Positions 60,652-64,000 of a stretch of 64,000 nt of DNA are shown here, piece by piece. The notes below the pieces were generated by a model, which worked only from the letters and a program-made list of their open reading frames with translations, did not search any database and had not been told where the DNA came from. The stretch's first letter is position 1; the number at the start of each line of letters is the position of its first letter. Source of the DNA: Candidatus Borrarchaeum weybense (GTDB taxonomy: Archaea; Asgardarchaeota; Sifarchaeia; Borrarchaeales; Borrarchaeaceae); assembly GCA_019057385.1 (NCBI GenBank), contig JAHQJS010000006.1:709038-773037 (forward strand). The letters run 5' to 3'. The translations under genes and the position numbers were made by a program.

Positions 60652-60891
60652 ATGAAAGAGATGTCAGAAAAACAGATTCTGGAAGAGAAGATAAAACGTC
60701 TACTTAAATTATCACGAGAAGCTATGAGTCTTAGTTCAGAAATATTTAGGGATGTTGTCGCCCCTAAGAATGTTCTTCAAAAGTTTACTGAAGTAGTAAA
60801 CGGAATAGGACTTGCCACTAAAATTCTAACAGGTCAAAAAATCGAACTTCCAAAAGAATTTCTTGAAAAGAAGAAAATTGAGGTGGAATAA
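60652..60891 (+). CDS. Small helical protein, paralog A
   Basis: MSEKQILEEKIKRLLKLSREAMSLSSEI. Confidence 0.7.
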   Translation: MKEMSEKQILEEKIKRLLKLSREAMSLSSEIFRDVVAPKNVLQKFTEVVNGIGLATKILTGQKIELPKEFLEKKKIEVE

Positions 60892-61092
60892 TTGTCTGAG
60901 CAAGAGTTGAACGAAAAACTCAAGAAGTTAATGGGCCTCTCCAAAGAAATCGTGGGGCTCACTGGAGAAATAGCAAAAGATTTAGCAGATGTAGCTCGTA
61001 AAGAAGCAGCAAAAACGCTGGAAGAGATTATGGTTGGCATTAAAAAGACAATGGATACTCTAAGTAAAAAGCCCGATAAACCTCCAGGCTAA
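60892..61092 (+). CDS. Small helical protein, paralog B
   Basis: MSEQELNEKLKKLMGLSKEIVGLTGEI; GAGGTG SD; abuts paralog A. Confidence 0.7.
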   Translation: MSEQELNEKLKKLMGLSKEIVGLTGEIAKDLADVARKEAAKTLEEIMVGIKKTMDTLSKKPDKPPG

Positions 61093-61227
61093 TCTAAATT
61101 CCCCTTATTTTTTTAAATTTAGTTAATTCATTTGCTTTTGAATCCATTAAAAGAACTTTTTTTAAGCATGTGTAGACTACATCTAATAGTGTAGAGCATA
61201 GACATTATAATTTTTTGAGGATTAAAA

Positions 61228-64000
61228 ATGGGAGTAGACGAAAGAAGCGCAAGTTTTGAATCCGCGCAATGTGTTCATTTACAAGACAAACCTTACATTA
61301 ATGAAGATTTTTTCAAGTGTGGAGTTATTCACGAGCTGTTACCTTCAGAGAGGGTTGATGGACTTTGCCAAACGAAGATTTGGAGAAAATGTGAGTATAT
61401 TTATGATCCTACGCGAGCTTGGAAAGAAGGGAAATGGCGTGACGTAGTTGGGCTTGATGTTGTAAAGCGAGAACTTGTTCAAAAAGTTCAGCACCCGCTC
61501 TTGTTTTATAAAAAATATTCAACTACTGGCGTATTACCCCAAAAGGTTATACTGCTTTTTGGGCCAGATGGTTGTGGTAAAGCTCGTTTATCCAAGGTTT
61601 TAGCTCATGAAAGTGGAGCCCATTTAGAAACACTTATTCCAAGAGAAATAGATCGATTAAAAACACTTGTTGAAGAAGCTAAAGAGCCTACGATAATATT
61701 CCTTGATGAAGTTGACATGGTTGCACAACCAGTCGAATACTTCCAACAGAGATCCTTGCCACTAGCACGCGATCCTGTATTGGTCCTGATGGACAGTATA
61801 GAAACATTAGACGAAACTAATAACCCTGTCGCACTAATTATGGCGACAGACCACCCAAAGTTAATCTTACGAACTTTACTTAAACAAGATTACATACCGG
61901 AGATTATGTATGTTCCACCACCTACTCTTCAAGAACGTGAGGAAATCATAAGGAAGTTTCTAAAGAGTCGTCCTCTTAAAGACGTTGATTTTAGCCGATT
62001 AGCTGAACTTACCAGAGATTTTTCAATTTTAGATATTAAGAAGTTCATTAGAAACTTAGAGCTTGAATGGCTAGAACGATCATTTAAAGAGCCGCAACCT
62101 GTCGAAATAACGATGTCGCAACTTCTACGACAGATCAAAGACGTCGTCCCCTCGCTGTCAAACGCCCTAATATCCCAATATGAGCAAGCAGCAAAACGTT
62201 GGGGTGCCATGGAAGAAGAATTACGGAGAAAACGTGAGAAAAAACTGACTTGGGAAGATGTCGGAGGTTATATTGAAGTCAAAGAACAATTAAAAGATAT
62301 TGTTGCTGTATTAGAGGAAGCTAACGAAACTGTTTCTCAATATAATTTGAAACCCCCTTCTGGAATCATTCTTTATGGGCCTCCTGGTTGCGGAAAAACG
62401 TATATAGCTAACGTATTAGCATCTGTCACAAAGGCGAACTTTCATACTGTAACTGCGGGCTCACTTTTGTCTAAATGGTATGGAGAAGCAGAACAAAATA
62501 TTACTGAGTTATTTGCGACAGCAAAAGTTGATCCACCAAGCATTATTTTCTTTGATGAATTGGAGGGATTATTTCAAACTAGGGGTGAAGCATCCCCAGT
62601 TCACAGTAGAATCGTTTCTGTGTTCCTTCAAGAACTCTCGAACTTAACCCCAGAAGATAGAGTCATTGTGATTGGCGCTACAAATAGACCACAAGACGTG
62701 GACATGGCATTTTTACGTCCTAGACGATTTGATGAATTAATTGGCATAGGACTTCCAGATCTTGAAGCGAGGAAGGCGATTTTCAAAGTTCATACGAAGG
62801 ATATGCCATTAACTGATGACATTGACCTCAACTTGTTAGCAGAGAAAACAGAGATGTTTACAGGAGCCGAAATTGCATTTATTTGTGATACGGCACGAAA
62901 AGCTGTTGCTAAAGAAGCTTTGAAGTCAGGATTTAGAAAAATAAAGATGGAAGACTTCGTCCAGCAGATCATTCAAGCCAAGCCGGGATTAACTGAAGAC
63001 GATGTGAGGCTGTTTAATGAAGCACAAGAAAGGTTCGGTAGGCGAAAATATGCTCCAAAGAAGAAAATAATTGAGAAGGAAAAAGAACTGAGTTGGAAAG
63101 ATGTTGGCGGTTACGCAGACGTAAAAGATTATATGAAAAACCTTGTGAAGATCCTAGAGTCAGAAGAATTGTTTGAAAAGTACGGACTCAAGCCCCCGAA
63201 AGGTTTACTCTTATATGGTCCTCCTGGCTGCGGTAAAAGTTACCTTTCAAAAGTTTTAGCTGCTGAAACTGATGCCAATTTTAAAGTTATTTCAGCAGGT
63301 ATAATGATGAGCAAGTTTTATGGTGAAACAGAGAAACAAATCCATGACTTATTCGTCCAGGCACGAAGAAACCCACCAACAATTCTGTTTTTTGACGAGT
63401 TAGAAGGTCTTTTTGTGCGAAGAGAAGCCATAGGAACAGGTTTTTCAGGTCATAAAACAGCAGTCTCTACATTACTAACCGAACTGAGCGAATTAAAAGC
63501 AGAAGATCGTGTATTAGTTATAGGCGCAACTAACAGACCTCAAGATATAGACCCTGCCTTTCTAAGACCAGGACGCTTTGATGAAAGGATTGGTATAGGA
63601 CCGCCTGACTTAACAGCACGGAAAGCAATCTTTGAAGTCCATGTAAGAGGTATGCCTTTGGCTAAAGATGTAGATTTCGATTTTTTAGCATTAAAGACCG
63701 AAAAATACACGGGAGCGGAAATTGAGTATATTTGCAATCAAACCAGAAGAAAGGTTGCTATAGAAGCTCTAAAATCAGGATTTCGAGAAGTAAAGATGGA
63801 AGATTTTCTTAATCAGCTTGAAGTTACAAAATCAGGCTTGTCACAAGAAGACATTCGACTATATGAAGAAGCACAGGAACGATTTGAAAGACAATTAATA
63901 TCTATAAGCAAGCAGAAGGTCTGGGAAGATGTCACTTTTGAGCAAATAGGCGGTTTATCAGAAGTTAAGGAGTTTCTGAAGAATTATGTAGGTTTTTTGG
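61228..64000 (+). CDS. CDC48-clade AAA+ ATPase with three complete AAA modules and the start of a fourth (3' end beyond the window)
   Basis: Hand-translated 924 codons with no stop from ATG 61228. Walker A at 61561 (GPDGCGKA), 62377 (GPPGCGKT) and 63217 (GPPGCGKS). A fourth module opens with VTFEQIGGL at 63931. Confidence 0.92.
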   Translation, partial: MGVDERSASFESAQCVHLQDKPYINEDFFKCGVIHELLPSERVDGLCQTKIWRKCEYIYDPTRAWKEGKWRDVVGLDVVKRELVQKVQHPLLFYKKYSTTGVLPQKVILLFGPDGCGKARLSKVLAHESGAHLETLIPREIDRLKTLVEEAKEPTIIFLDEVDMVAQPVEYFQQRSLPLARDPVLVLMDSIETLDETNNPVALIMATDHPKLILRTLLKQDYIPEIMYVPPPTLQEREEIIRKFLKSRPLKDVDFSRLAELTRDFSILDIKKFIRNLELEWLERSFKEPQPVEITMSQLLRQIKDVVPSLSNALISQYEQAAKRWGAMEEELRRKREKKLTWEDVGGYIEVKEQLKDIVAVLEEANETVSQYNLKPPSGIILYGPPGCGKTYIANVLASVTKANFHTVTAGSLLSKWYGEAEQNITELFATAKVDPPSIIFFDELEGLFQTRGEASPVHSRIVSVFLQELSNLTPEDRVIVIGATNRPQDVDMAFLRPRRFDELIGIGLPDLEARKAIFKVHTKDMPLTDDIDLNLLAEKTEMFTGAEIAFICDTARKAVAKEALKSGFRKIKMEDFVQQIIQAKPGLTEDDVRLFNEAQERFGRRKYAPKKKIIEKEKELSWKDVGGYADVKDYMKNLVKILESEELFEKYGLKPPKGLLLYGPPGCGKSYLSKVLAAETDANFKVISAGIMMSKFYGETEKQIHDLFVQARRNPPTILFFDELEGLFVRREAIGTGFSGHKTAVSTLLTELSELKAEDRVLVIGATNRPQDIDPAFLRPGRFDERIGIGPPDLTARKAIFEVHVRGMPLAKDVDFDFLALKTEKYTGAEIEYICNQTRRKVAIEALKSGFREVKMEDFLNQLEVTKSGLSQEDIRLYEEAQERFERQLISISKQKVWEDVTFEQIGGLSEVKEFLKNYVGFL

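Noticed and set aside
1-64000. CRISPR array, tRNA or rRNA genes
   Set aside because: No regularly spaced 25-40-bp repeats and no cloverleaf or rRNA-like sequence seen by eye; the TnpB has no adjacent array.

Overview
AT-rich archaeal DNA with BRE/TATA promoters and GGAGG/GGTGA Shine-Dalgarno motifs. It is very probably an Asgard archaeon, inferred from a gelsolin-domain protein, a Rab-like GTPase, a longin/roadblock-like protein, an IFT52-like GIFT domain and a canonical C2H2 finger. 1-28 kb is mostly housekeeping and transport: thiolase, a DUF35::HMG-CoA synthase fusion missed by the ORF track, a wHTH-PfkB/ECF/two-nucleotidyltransferase locus, glycogen debranching enzyme, P-type ATPase, ABC-2 exporter, nitrilase and TldD. 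IS200/IS605-derived non-coding elements are scattered through it. An IS607-like tnpB-only element splits a membrane-protein gene at 29.2-31.1 kb. 31.8-41.4 kb is an accessory island of minus-strand genes, including a TIR + membrane + nuclease cluster. Main finding: an 8,111-bp integrative element (15-bp att cores at 43103-43117 and 51214-51228) sits inside an AmmeMemoRadiSam-type radical SAM gene, directly after the CxxxCxxC motif, and precise excision restores a 372-codon ORF. Its tyrosine recombinase carries two N-terminal homing-endonuclease-associated repeats. At the right edge an unlisted ORF (61228->64000) encodes a CDC48-like ATPase with three complete AAA modules and the start of a fourth, downstream of C2H2, TPR and small helical genes. 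No rRNA, tRNA or CRISPR array was seen. All family assignments come from motifs read by eye; no database search was run.
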